A DNA stretch of 64,000 bases from Zygnema circumcarinatum SAG 698-1b (taxonomy: Eukaryota; Plantae; Zygnematophyceae). The position numbers were made by a program, and so were the translations under genes. Location: positions 2,604,001 through 2,668,000 of the forward strand of contig CM074804.1 in NCBI GenBank assembly GCA_037447605.1. The letters run 5' to 3'. Shown here piece after piece: positions 28,543 through 41,279 of this stretch. How positions within the stretch are numbered: position 1 is the stretch's first letter; each line of letters opens with the position of its first letter. The notes beneath the pieces were generated by a model. It searched no databases and was not told the DNA's origin. It was given only the letters and a program-made list of their open reading frames with translations.

Positions 28543-29436
28543 CGCGGGGGTTCTGCGAGCCTCACGGCGCCCAGCTCGGAAGACTTGGCCAGGGGATTAT
28601 CATTTGAGCCTCAGGTTATCCGCGTGGGGAGTTCGGCGCGTGCCGTTGGGAAACTACGAGCGCCTTTCTTACCCCTTGCATAGCGTGAGCGAGGGCGTTC
28701 ACATCCTCACAGGGGGGGAGTAATGTAGCGAAACGCTACAGTCACCCACGGGAGGTGTACTTAGGGCGCGCTCCGTCCTAGTACTCTCACCCCGGGCGCG
28801 GGCCGAGTGGCCAAGGCGTTGGGGACCACCTAGGACCAGGAAGGGTCCTGGGATCGAACGTTGCGAAGGTTGCAAGGGTTCGATGCGGCGCGGTGTACTG
28901 AGACATATATGTATCGCGTCGCCGATGTGGTCGAGGGATCACGGAATCCCGACCACATCTCCCTTACGTTTTGGAACGTAACCGTCATCCGTACAGAGGT
29001 GGGTGACCGTTGGTACGGACGGACTGACAATCAGACCCCGCGCCTCGCGCGCAAGATCTGACCGTGCGCCGACGTACGGCGGCGCGCCGCATCACGGCAT
29101 GCGCCCGCGGGATGCGGCGCGCGTACGTACGTTCAACTCCTCTGATCTTCCCCAGGTCAGAGTTGGCCACGTGGCGGTTTGCCATTGGACAGCCCTGCTT
29201 CCAATCCTCCATGCTGGTAGGAGGTTCAACGGGGGAAGCGTAAAGGGGCGTGGGTGACTGTCGTCACCCAACCAACGTACCGGCATTCGGTTGCACCCCT
29301 GCCCAGGGCTGCTCCCCACTCTGAAGCTCTCCCGCTCTTGCTCTCGCCCTCTCGCTGAACTCTGAGTGCTGGTGTGTTATTCCGCGCAGGCTGAAGGAGT
29401 TAGATTTCAGCCGTGACACACACACACACACACACT

Positions 29437-29522
<86 letters not shown>

Positions 29523-29525
<3 letters not shown>

Positions 29526-30571
29526 TGGTGCAGCGGCCTCCGTGCGAGGTGCTGCCACTTCTCCTCTGCCCTCGGTAGAGCTCGACATCTTCAATGACTT
29601 GATCAACCACACTCCTCAAGGATGTAGACACACACACAAGTCTGAATGCAGTAGAACAGATCAGCGGAAAGGAGAAGATGTAAGGAGAAAGCCTCCAGCC
29701 TAAAACTCCTTAATATAAAGATGAATACAACTTGACAACTCTAGAGCCAAGCTTCAAGCACCTAAACTCAAGCTACGTGATTACACCACCCCACTACAAG
29801 CTGAACACTTACCACTATCTTCTAAGCCCAAAGAAAGATAGCCTCACTGCCTACGTGAGTCCCGAGAAGGTTAACTCCTTCAAAACAGACCTCTATCATA
29901 TACAACAATGGCCGTGTGACGTGACACAAGTTGTCACGTCGCGTCCGCCATTGCAAGCCCATGCACTATCTCAGTGGGCGCACTCAAGAATAGCGACCAG
30001 CTAGTGCGCCTCGTAAACCTACGACAGCACCGACCTAGTTCTTGTCTATCTCGTACATTTCTTCTCCGTAAGTCCCAGCCCAGCCCCCCACCCTTTTGCA
30101 CAGCTTTGTCTGCCAGACATTTGGCCATGCAATCAAACCAGTGGACCCACTATATAGTGTCCACGTGGCACATCGCGTTCACGCGACATGCTTCATCATT
30201 CATAACTGGCAAATCCAGTACTGCACGCCACAACCTTGTAGGAAGTGGCGCGGTCCATACTCCACGTCCGCGTCAGTGCTACGACCCAGTGAGGGTCAAC
30301 TGTCAGTCCACGCACTGGCGCACCGCCGCTCGCGCTCCGTACTCGCACTCAGCGCGTGACCAATCTGCGCTCTGATGGCCGTACACCCGCGCGCCGCTCC
30401 GTACACCTGTTTCGGCCAGATCTTTGTGCGCGCGCTACGCGCACACCCCTGAGGACTTGTACGGTCGCTTGGGCGGTCCTACATGCAATTCGGACTAGGA
30501 GCACACCCCTAAGAACTTAGTACCAAAACAACTTAGTGTATTTACAAGTTCCTAACTAGCCTAACACTAAC

Positions 30572-30575
<4 letters not shown>
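29523..30575. mobile_element. ~1.05-kb solo-LTR-like insertion (TGTTG...CAACA) inside (CA)n
   Basis: Termini TGTTG/CAACA with (CA)n on both sides. Shares the AAAACTCCTTAATA motif with the copia LTRs at 42876 and 46594. Confidence 0.6.
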
Positions 30576-30609
<34 letters not shown>

Positions 30610-30999
30610 TTCACACTCACAGAAAAAGAAAAAAAAAAAACATAATCAATCTAAATATTACAACATGTGGCCTCATGTTGTATTTATTAGTTTGATTTTT
30701 TGTTTTTTTTTTGTTTGTAAAAGTCACACACGAAAATACACACTCACACATACACACACACACACACACCCACCCACACACACACACTCTCACACACACA
30801 CACACTCTCACACACACACACACACGCACACACTCACACACACACTCTCACACACAAAAAATGAAAAAAAAAAAAAAAATTCAGAAAATGATGAAGAAAA
30901 TGATGAAGAATGCGAACATCACCATATCCAGGACCGGGTCCTTCCGAAATCTTTCCAGGGTTATTTGCTATACAATACATGGGTGTGAGCGTAAGTACG

Positions 31000-31412
31000 T
31001 GTTGGTGCAGGGACTCCTCCACTGCACCCGGCTTCTCCACTCGCATCACCTTCCATCGGAGTTCGCGTTCCAATCGATGATGACATTTCCCAAACTCTCA
31101 CATTCACTCATAGCCCATTTTACTCACAGAGTGAACCTCTCAGAATATGCACAGCGGAATAACAGAGAGAAAAGGATAGGAGAAAGCTCTCGGCTCTAAA
31201 ACTCCTTAATAATAATCTTATCAACACAAAATGAGAGACCCCCTCTCAAATAGCCCAATAAACTCAAAAGCCCACTACCTCGCAGCACAAGCAAGTGTAA
31301 TGTTCAGCAACACGAGCATCAGCTTCTCAGAGTCTACAATAGCTACGTTGATAATCAGAAGTTAAAGATTAACAACCAAACAAAACAACACACTATATAC
31401 TATGTCACAACA
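31000..31412. mobile_element. 413-bp solo-LTR-like element (second copy from ~32082, cut by a gap)
   Basis: TGTTGGTGCAG...GTCACAACA termini; same start and AAAACTCCTTAATA motif as the 29523 element. No TSD found. Confidence 0.45.
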
Positions 31413-31653
31413 TCCGTGNNNNNNNNNNACTCGCGCGTTGACCAATCTGCGCTCTGATGGCCGTACACCCGCGCGCCGCTCCGTACACCTGTTTCGGCCA
31501 GATCTTTGTGCGCGCGCTACGCGCACACCCCTGAGGACTTGTACGGTCGCTTGGGCGGTCCTACATGCAATTCGGACTAGGAGCACACCCCTAAGAACTT
31601 AGTACCAAAACAACTTAGTGTATTTACAAGTTCCTAACTAGCCTAACACTAAC

Positions 31654-31691
<38 letters not shown>

Positions 31692-32863
31692 TTCACACTC
31701 ACAGAAAAAGAAAAAAAAAAAACATAATCAATCTAAATATTACAACATGTGGCCTCATGTTGTATTTATTAGTTTGATTTTTTGTTTTTTTTTTGTTTGT
31801 AAAAGTCACACACGAAAATACACACTCACACATACACACACACACACACACCCACCCACACACACACACTCTCACACACACACACACTCTCACACACACA
31901 CACACACGCACACACTCACACACACACTCTCACACACAAAAAATGAAAAAAAAAAAAAAAATTCAGAAAATGATGAAGAAAATGATGAAGAATGCGAACA
32001 TCACCATATCCAGGACCGGGTCCTTCCGAAATCTTTCCAGGGTTATTTGCTATACAATACATGGGTGTGAGCGTAAGTACGTGTTGGTGCAGGGACTCCT
32101 CCACTGCACCCGGCTTCTCCACTCGCATCACCTTCCATCGGAGTTCGCGTTCCAATCGATGATGACATTTCCCAAACTCTCACATTCACTCATAGCCCAT
32201 TTTACTCACAGAGTGAACCTCTCAGAATATGCACAGCGGAATAACAGAGAGAAAAGGATAGGAGAAAGCTCTCGGCTCTAAAACTCCTTAATAATAATCT
32301 TATCAACACAAAATGAGAGACCCCCTCTCAAATAGCCCAATAAACTCAAAAGCCCACTACCTCGCAGCACAAGCAAGTGTAATGTTCAGCAACACGAGCA
32401 TCAGCTTCTCAGAGTCTACAATAGCTACGTTGATAATCAGAAGTTAAAGATTAACAACCAAACAAAACAACACACTATATACTATGTCACANNNNNNNNN
32501 NACAAAACGGCAGCAAGCACCACCAGCAACTCTTCAGCTAGACAGGCGAGTGTAAGAAATGGAAGTCGGGAGGACGTGAAGAACAGGGGAAGATGATATC
32601 GCGGTTGTTCCGTAACCGTTTCGTCATCGAAACGTCGTCGACGTCCCCGTACAGGCACGAAACGGCTCTATTTGGCTCTATTTCGGCTCTCTTTTTTTTA
32701 CGTTTTTCGTAATCGCGGGATTGTGATTGTCGGTTGACAATGCCCGAAGCGGCACGCGTGGCGCGCGGCTCCACGCGGCGTCACGACTACGCGGTGTCTC
32801 GCAGCGAGGGATGGCTGACGTCATCATTAATGAACAATGGCTGATCGGACGGTGCAAAATTCG

Positions 32864-33395
32864 CGACGCGCGCGTGCGACGCCAGCGACATCGTTCATGC
32901 GACACGCGCATACGACGCGCAGATGCGACGCGCGGCAGATTGGTTGGCCTGTTGACTTTCGTAACTTTCCTTTTCCGTCAATTTTTGTTCGGTTTGATAC
33001 CACCCAAACCAAACGTAACAAACGTCAGTATGTTTGACACTAGAACGAGTACTCCGGTGACATCGCGACCCTCCTATAGAGGAGTACTTTCGTAACTTTC
33101 CTTTTCCGTCAATTTTTATTCGCGCCCGCGCGACGCGCACGTGCGACAGCGGCGACGTCGTTCATGCGACACGGGCATACGACGCGCAGATGCGACGCGC
33201 GGCCAACCCGCGCGCGCGGCGCCGCCAAAAGGCGGAACAATAACCGTGAAGCAGGGCTGGCCAGTGGCGAGACGCCGCGTGGCTCTTGCTAGCCCGTGGC
33301 GGTTCGCCACGTAGCCGGCGACGCGCGCGTGCGACACCGGCGACGTCGTTCATGCGACACGCGCATACGACGCGCAAATGCGACGCGCGGACGGC
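32864..33395 (+). repeat. Three dispersed copies of a ~70-bp CpG-rich unit
   Basis: CGACGCGCGCGTGCGAC...CGTTCATGCGACACGCGCATACGACGCGCAGATGCGACGCGCGG at ~32864, ~33131 and ~33319. Confidence 0.8.
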
Positions 33396-33856
33396 GCCCG
33401 GCTGAGTTCTAAGTGGTGTGCTTATAGCGTCCATATTGCATGGAGGACCGCCTTAGCGACCGTACAAATCTTCGGGGGTTTGCGCGTAGCGCGCGCATGA
33501 AGATTGGGCAGAAATGTAGTTGTACGGAACGGCGCGCTGGTGTACGGCCAGCGGAGCGCTGATTGGTCGCGGCGCGAGTGCGGAGCGTGGAGCGCGCGAC
33601 ATGTGGCGCGACGGATGGAGATCAACGNNNNNNNNNNTTTTTGTACGGTTTTCGTAATCGGGGGATTGTGATTGTCGGTTGACAATGCCCGAAATGGCAT
33701 GTTTGTACCGGGGTGGGTTGGTAAACCGTAACAGCTTGTTTTGTCAAACACGGGACACGCAAGATTTGGAATGGTTCGGTTGACAACGCCCGAAACGGTT
33801 ATGGTGTTGGTCAAATTAATCATAGCTCCAACATACCAGGCTAAAAAAAGAATTAA

Positions 33857-34190
33857 ATGAAAATGGGGTATAGTTGCCACGAGTCTGACGTTGCAACGTC
33901 GCGCGTCCGGATTTGTTGTGCTTTTCGTTGGATCGAATGCGCAAAAAATGGGGTATATCGCGTAACCATTCAGTCATTGCCAAGTGTCGTTTTCTACGTA
34001 CGACAGCGTTCGATTTGAATGTTTTATGTGACCTACGAATTCGATTAGGTTGTCAAAGATGAATTTAAAGAAAATGGGGTATAGTTGCCGCAAGTCTGAC
34101 GTTGCCACGTCGCGCGACCTGATTGTTTGTACGTTTCGTTGGATCGAATGCGCAGAAAATGGGGTATATCGCGTACCCATTCAGCTTATG
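33857..34190 (+). repeat. ~1.6 further copies of the 211-bp unit near the right TIR
   Basis: Same unit and orientation as the 21179 array. Confidence 0.9.
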
Positions 34191-36055
34191 TGTTCGACCA
34201 GTTTCCGTTACAGTTCACTTCACATAATTAAGGTTCGAAGACATTTCTATAAAAAGGCAACGCACGAGGATCTTGATCCGCAGCCTGTTGTTTGTACGGT
34301 AACTTCGTTTTAGCCGTACTATTCGTACTATTCGTACAATCCATTCAATCCGTACTATTCGTACTAGCTGTACTACAGTAGTCGTCACGGGCTTACGCAA
34401 AACTCACCTAATCTCCCCGCACGTGCCGCCGTAAGAGGCGCTCACTCTTCTCCCCTTGTTCTTGGCTTCAATACGATACGATACAATACGATACGAATCG
34501 ATACGGTATTATCCGTACTAGCCGTACGAGGTGTAGTAGCCGATACAGTACGATGCGGTACGATATGCCAGTATACGATACGATACGTACGGACATACAT
34601 GAACTCTAACATAATTCCGCTCGCCTATTGGTAACACGGACCTTATATGTTGCCAAAAACAATATTTTCGCCCGATTTTTGCCAAATGTAGGTGGAAAAT
34701 ATGATGGGGTCCTACTGTAAAGCATGTCATGTCGGTCGGCCTCGCAAGAATCGAACGGAAGTTTTTCTGTCCGTGTCGGCGGCCTTCCGCGGCTACCTCC
34801 TTCCCTCCCTTCGCGGCTGCTTCGAGGGAGGGCTTGAAGAGTCGTTGAGCCTAGGCGTAGCTTTCCGCTCATCACTCTATTCTTGTCGTTAGGTTCTTAA
34901 CGACCGGTTCGTCGTGGTTCCCCATGCTGATTTTGCCCATATACATTTGATGGCATCATCGCCATCGTGAGATCAATAATAATGGAAGTCCACTGGCAGG
35001 CACGGTCACCAACAACCGCGGCACGACGAAGGACCGTACAAGCGAGGAAGGACGATGGAAATGCGTTGTCGATAAAAAGTAGCGAGGATCGCCGGAGGGC
35101 TTCCTTCGGGGGCCGTGAGGGCATCTCGAAGGAGCGATGGGCGCACTGGCGAAGGAAGGCATCCAAACGGACGTTCTGTAGAGCATGGAATTGCGGTGCT
35201 CGTGTGCAGGCACAGGCAGGCGGCTCGCGGGTACGGCACTCACTCGTTCAGATTGACGACTCGGCTCCAACACTCCTCCAAACATGGAACATTGAACATT
35301 GTGCATGAAATGGCCATTGTACTTTTGCATTGCCATTTTCACACAACGACCTCGCAGTTTGAACCAGCGTTGGCGGCGCTCTCCCCGACCGTACACGAAC
35401 CGCAACGAGTTCAGCCGGTGGCTGCACCTGAATTGCGCCACGCGAGTCCGAAACTGAGAATCAGCGTTGACGGCGCATGTCCACTACACGACGAGCACAC
35501 GCGGATTGGGGGCTGGCGTTGTGCCGAAGGGCGCCCGGCGACCGACGGACTGACTGACCGATGACTGACTGACGGTCCGGGCCCGGGATCAATCGTGGAC
35601 GGCTGGGCGGGCGGGCGGGCGGGCAGCGGGGGGGGGGGACGAGGCGGGAGTTGGTTCACGCCGGGACCGCGGGTTGGGGCGTTGGGGCCGAAAATTTGTT
35701 CTCGGCGGTCAGCGCGGAAACAGGGAACCGCAAACCGCGAGTTGGCGGGGCGAAAAGTTGGCAGCCACGCTCCAATTGGGGTATGACACGTGGCGAGAAA
35801 TTGGGATTTGATTTACTTGAGGCTTGTTGAAACGTTGAGGCACAAATTTGGGGCGCGGGTTTGAAACGAGTGCACGCTGAAGGAGTCCAACCACAAACTG
35901 CAAACCGGCCGGGGGGCCGATGACTGCAAACTTGCCAAGGTTCAAAGGTTCCAACTAGTTCTGGGCCCAGATGAGAAATCTGCCAGAACGAAGCGACTAA
36001 ACGAAGGGTATAAATGGGGTTTAAAAAAGTTATTGTGGGAGGAAGATTTCAGTAT

Positions 36056-36180
36056 TCACAGGTCGGACCATTAGACCAACCATTCGACTGGTTGCCAACC
36101 ATTGGCGCCAGAACAAAACAACCATTAGAATGCTTCGGAACCAGTGGATGCCAATGGTTGGCAACCAGTCGACTGGTTCG
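36056..36180. mobile_element. Truncated copy of the hAT-like MITE family
   Basis: CACAGGTCGGACCATTAGACC terminus plus AACCA/TGGTT modules. Its flank mirrors the flank of the 59639-60172 copy. Confidence 0.7.
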
Positions 36181-36224
36181 ATACAGTGTATAATACCGTA
36201 TTTATACTGTATTAGAGTATACAA

Positions 36225-36385
36225 TAGGGGGTGTCAGACTTAACAAAATCTTACGAAAAGCGTTACGAAAAAAAAGGTTACGAAAGTACTCCGCCGCACA
36301 AGGATCGCGATTATACTGGAGTACTCGTTCTGATGTCAAACTTACGAACACGCGTACTGAAATTTTTTAAGTCTGACACCCCCTA
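36225..36385. mobile_element. 161-bp MITE (span includes flanking TA)
   Basis: Perfect 19-bp inverted ends TAGGGGGTGTCAGACTTAA. Confidence 0.75.
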
Positions 36386-36386
36386 A

Positions 36387-36970
36387 TAGGGGGGGTCAGA
36401 CCTTGACCATCGCTTACGAAATTCAAAGATTCCCTATACGGAAAGGTATTGATTTCGTTTCCAGGTTTCGGGTCGGAAGCCGTGGCTCCCCCGAACCTGT
36501 CATGTCCCGTCCGTACTACGGAATAGGTTACAAAAATGCCCCCAAATTTCCGAAATCCGCCGAAATCCGCTCGCCGAAACGCAGGGCCTCCGGAGGCCCT
36601 GCGTTTCGGTTTTGTTGAAAAGGCAGCAAATCCGCCGATGAGGAATCGTGCCCCGCCTTGTCGCCATGCGCGTCACGCACTTGCGAGCGCCTCTATGCTG
36701 CCGCCAGGACGCCACGCGCGTCACCACCGCGCGTGGCGACAAAACGGAGGGCGGCAGGCGGCGGGCGGCGGAGGGAGCGCGGCGGGGCGAAAAGGGGGGG
36801 GTCAGACCTGGCTCGGAGATACGAAGGTAAAATAATTATTTTCTTGAATTCGCGGCGCCCGAACCTGCCGAACGGCCACTTTTTGCGAAAAAGGCCTGCC
36901 GTACACGGCGGAATAGGCCCGACGGGCTTACGAAATTGGTTTGGCGATGGTCAAGGTCTGACCCCCCCTA
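36387..36970. mobile_element. 584-bp MITE related to the adjacent one (span includes flanking TA)
   Basis: Perfect 27-bp inverted ends TAGGGGGGGTCAGACCTTGACCATCGC. Confidence 0.8.
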
Positions 36971-37421
36971 ATGCATTGATCCGTACAGCCAGACATAGAA
37001 TCGCACGGAAAACATGTACGAAAATTCCCCCATTCGGAAATTTACATTTTAAAAAATCTGCTACTAAGACCTATTAAAGTAGGAGTGGACATTGCATGCA
37101 CACAATAAGAATGGAAAAAACAAATGACACAAAAGAAAAGTGTCTATTCAATGAATGTCCTAAGTTTGCCAATGCGGCGAGAGCTAGGCGATGAAAGTGA
37201 GTGGCAGCATAGGTCTAGCNNNNNNNNNNCCAATCCCTCTCCACCCCCTCTCTTTCTCTCTACCCCGCTCTCACTTGTCCCTCATTGCCCGTCTCCTCCT
37301 CCCTCCCTCCCTCCACACCCTCTTCTATCTCCGTCGTCCATTTCGCCCCCTTGTCCTTGTTCTCCCCTCTCCGTACAGCCCTCACGAGAACTCGAAAAGG
37401 GAGAAGAGAAGAAGAGCCTAC

Positions 37422-40400
37422 CGAGGTAGTCTCCCACGGTTCTCGTAACGCTGCACATGCCGTAGAGTGCGAACTCCCAGTGCTCGGTGAGAGCATCGGT
37501 CACCTCCAGATTCAACTTACGGGCCAACCGGATGATGGCGTTCTCAGGCAAGCACATCGGCGTTTCCTGAACACGCGAGACGAACAACTTCAGGGACGTT
37601 TGTAGGAGACTTACCGAGGAAGATTGGAGTCCTCAATTCAGCATTCAAGCCAAACTATTCACCCACAGTAGAAGTGATGAGGTCGACCCATTCTTATGGT
37701 TCAATGGTAGCTTACAGTTGCACTTCTCATTCTGGAATATGTGCTTTTTGGCTGCATAATTTTCGGCATGATACCTTCACCTTAAAAGTTGAAAGGACTA
37801 GTTCGAGATGTGCATGCAGCTACTCTATTTGTCGCATAATGATCTAACCCTCTCGCATCCGAGCAGTTATCAACAAACATGTGCATTGCACTCTAAGGAA
37901 AAGAAGAATGTGCATTTCTTGCATGATTTCCTGTCGTCTGGAAAAAGTGCTCACAATGTCACATCGACAGCCGCAGTCCTGCAACGGTTGATCCAAAGTG
38001 CAGCGTTTGTCGCATACAATGCATCCCTCTCTCACGCCCTGACTCCGATACGACCCGCCGGCCGCTACGGCCGAAGTAAAGGCGGTCTTGCAATCGTCGA
38101 GAGTTGCAGCCGGAGCAGTTCAACCGCCGACGACCTCTTCGAACTTGGGAACACCGTAAAATTTTATGCATGCATGATAGAAAGGATGCGTGTCTGCACA
38201 GTGAAGAGCTCCACCAGTTACTATCCAAAAGTGGCAATGCTCCTCCAGACAACAAACAAAAACCAAGTCTTTACAGAAACTGCTGCGCGTCAAATGGCGG
38301 AAATTATGCGATCCTTCGACTGAAAAAGTGTGGAGTTCAGTGCTGCTTACTGGAAGTATCTAAGCAGTGAATATAGTCGCCGAACACATTCTTCTGTGCA
38401 CACGTTTCCCAGGTTGTAATGTTTGGTGGAATCGCCGAGGATCGAGTGCCGTATCGTGTGATGAAAGGAGCCTTGTTCACATTATCAGGTCTGCAACGCA
38501 ATAAGCGCACATGATCACGATAAGGGTAAAACGGGGACAGGCTTTAGTTTCCAAATTGCAGAAGNTTGCATGGGAAAGACGGAGTCAATGTCGACTGACG
38601 GAGTTGGGCAAGGCATGTGAACTGACCCTCGAAAAAAGCCATAGGCATTTGTTGTATTGCTTGGGCCCAGCCTTCCCCACGTCAACTTTGAGAGCGCCAA
38701 TGCTTCCGTGCCTGATGGTACTGTCCAGTTCGCGAACTGACCCGTAACAACTGCAACCATGGAGATGCGATCCACGAAGCAAAATGAATGCAAAAAAATA
38801 AAAATAAAGCAAAAATAGCTCGACTGCATGGAGAGAGAAGTGATGAAATCGGAACCGTCAAAGCACTGCTATAGTAAAAAAACTTATGTTACATGAAGCA
38901 ACGTACACAAAACAACCCAATGACAAAAAGGAAAAAACCTGTCGATGTTACCTTGAAAGTCATTCAGGGGGTCCCCCCTGTGTAGTTTCCGTAATAGTCG
39001 TCTGAAAAGAAAAAGCTTTGCAGTGGATCCTTCTCATTCAAGTAATCCCAATACGGCATAGCGAGGCTGGGATCTATGGACTGCCCCACCACATGAAGGT
39101 AACGTTAGAATCACCCGCGCAAACAACACAGATACACTACCTAAAATTTGAAGCATCATGATTTATTGTTATGTAAAGCAGGCATGTCGAAAGGGCCCCA
39201 TGATTGGGAGAGCAATGCACCTGGAGTGGGAGCTCGAACATGCGCAGAAAAGCGCGGTGGAAGGTGACGAAGGCGGGCCCGTGATGGCCGAAATCGCACT
39301 CTGATGCCTTCACCCACACGGCCGCGGTGTGGAGTGCCGCCATCTCCATGTAGCTGTAGAACCTGCGCGGAAACAGCGCGTGGAGCGGCATTGTGTTAGA
39401 GTGGCGCTTCTCCAAATGACAATTTTCCTTAGAAAGCCCCAGGAAGGGGCCGCTGTGGGGGGGAAGGAGGGGGGAAGGAGATCAACCGAGAACGGATAGA
39501 TATGGACGGAGGGGGGACAGGGGTGCAAAAATAGGGAAGAAAAATCGTGGAAAAAAAGGAAGGGAGGGAGGGAGGGGCGGGATGGTACGCCTGAAAGGGC
39601 AATACCTCGGGCCAATTTGTGCCTGGCCTCCTTCTGTGGTGTGGTTCCGCATCTCTTTGATGGCCGAAAAGTATTTCTCCAACTCGGCTTTGTCAAGGGA
39701 GAGTATGCTCCTGCGGACGTAGTTGACACGCACAGGCACGAGGAAGGTCTGCCAATAGGGTGGAAAACATGAAAACAAAACAAATAGTCGTAGGAATAAC
39801 GAATCGTCCAAAATCGCGTTAACAAGTACAATAAGCGTGTACTCCAGCACTCAAAGAGTCTCGAGAACCCAACCCCTTGTGGGAATTCTTTGGGAAGTAG
39901 GATCTACCCACCGCCGTGCTTGCGCCCGTCGAGCAGTCTTCAGAGGAGTCGGCGGAGATCGGGCAGGCGGAAACTTTGAGATGCTGCTGACCGGGCTCGT
40001 AGAACGTGATGTTTCCTTAGCGCCCCAAAAAATTTGTTGTCCTTGGGCCCCTCGGCGTGGAGGAGCCACCCCTCACGAAATGTTGCGGTTTTTGCTTGCG
40101 AAGGAGGCTGAACGCTGTGGGTCAAAGCGAAGGAAGAGGGAGCCCTTACTCAGCATGTGCCCATATGGAGGAAAGCTCAAGTTTTTATGAAGATGGGGAG
40201 GAGGAGGGTCCAAGGTGAGAGCGCTCACAGAAGGCGGTGGGTTTGTGGGGCTCCGCGAACACGCCCAAGTGCGCAAAGGCCGTGGCGGTCGCCACTTCCA
40301 ACTCCACACCCGACGCGTCAAAGATCGCCAAACCGCCTCCGCCATGGATTGCCTGCACAGCGTACCCTCCTCACATTAGGCGGAATGAATTGAGGCCTCA

Positions 40401-40675
40401 CCCTTCTAGCAACAAAAAGCTACTCGGCATCGAAGAATTAACAAAAATGGAACACCTTTGTGGATCACTACTCTATTGACGCAAAGCCGCAAGAGGAGCA
40501 CCTGCTGTGTGAGTGCGCTCTCCCTCTGAAGCCCCTCTACCTCCAGGGAGGGCGAGAAGCGCGTCGGCTGAGAATGCTTGTCGGATGGCGGGCGGCGCGC
40601 ATGTGCGTGCATGCCACCGAAGTATGCGGCGCCGCAGAGCGCGAGGAAAAGCGCCAGCCATGGCCTCTGTCCCAT
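37422..40675 (-). pseudogene. Disrupted inverted copy of the secreted tyrosinase-like gene
   Basis: Exons 1-10 mirror the copy at 52905-56169. Clustered indels shift the frame in exon 3 (~40020-40110). In exon 9 IGGS becomes IKF and a 1-nt deletion gives TGA. The last exon (third CuB His) is not seen, but a 10-N gap at 37220-37229 could hide it. Confidence 0.65.
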
Positions 40676-41279
40676 CCTGCACCGACCCGTCAAAGAGCAG
40701 GAATGCAAGCCATAATTAAGTGGTACTTTACCGTCTACCACTTCCTCTACCCTTTCGCACGAACTTTCAAGATCCTAGTCTCTCCCTGTCCCCGTTATTC
40801 GACTTCTCTTCGCCGTTCTCTGCCTCCCTGTCCTTTCCTCTCTGTACTTATTAGTCCCTTGGTTTTTGTGTCGGGCCTCTCCGCCAATGCAGTGGACCCA
40901 CACGTCTATTTCGGAGATTCCTTCCATTTCTTCATCGATTGTGCCATTCCACACTTTTCAGACATACCTTCTTTGAATCCTCCTTGTTGTTTTTCTTGCG
41001 TCACCTGAGCCCCGCCTCTCCTCTCGGCTACCCCTTACCGACGATTATTCCTCACTTCTCCACAAATAATTCCCATTCCGCCCTTGTAATCTTATTTTCC
41101 CTATCACTGAAGTCCTTCCCTTCACTCGCTCCTTCACCTTTGTCTACCGCTTCCTCTCGTACTCCCTCTTTACTCTCTCTCTCTCTTTTTTCCTCTCTAC
41201 TCCCGCGCTCTCAGCTGACTTTTCCTTCCCCAATCACTCTTCCTTCCCTTCCTGGACTCCAATTCTATATCCTTGCCGC

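Larger units (their letters stand above)
22432..29418 (+). mobile_element. Ty3/gypsy chromovirus LTR retrotransposon, full length but with premature stop and damaged RNase H region
   Basis: 5' LTR 22432-23078 and 3' LTR 28724-29418 (TG...CA). PBS TGGTATCAGAGC at 23081 (tRNA-iMet type), PPT AGGGGGGGAG at 28711, 5-bp TSD CACAC. Order gag, PR, RT, RH, IN, chromodomain. Confidence 0.97.
21022..34717. mobile_element. Non-autonomous Tc1/mariner (pogo-like) DNA transposon inflated by nested insertions
   Basis: Perfect 28-bp TIR CAGTAGGACCCCATCATATTTTCCACCT at 21022-21049 and its reverse complement ending 34717. TA on both flanks (21020-21, 34718-19). The same 211-bp unit occurs near both ends. No transposase ORF seen. 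Confidence 0.75.

Noticed and set aside
30353-32491. 1082-bp tandem duplication
   Set aside because: Essentially identical copies abut a 10-N gap, the typical signature of unmerged overlapping contig ends.
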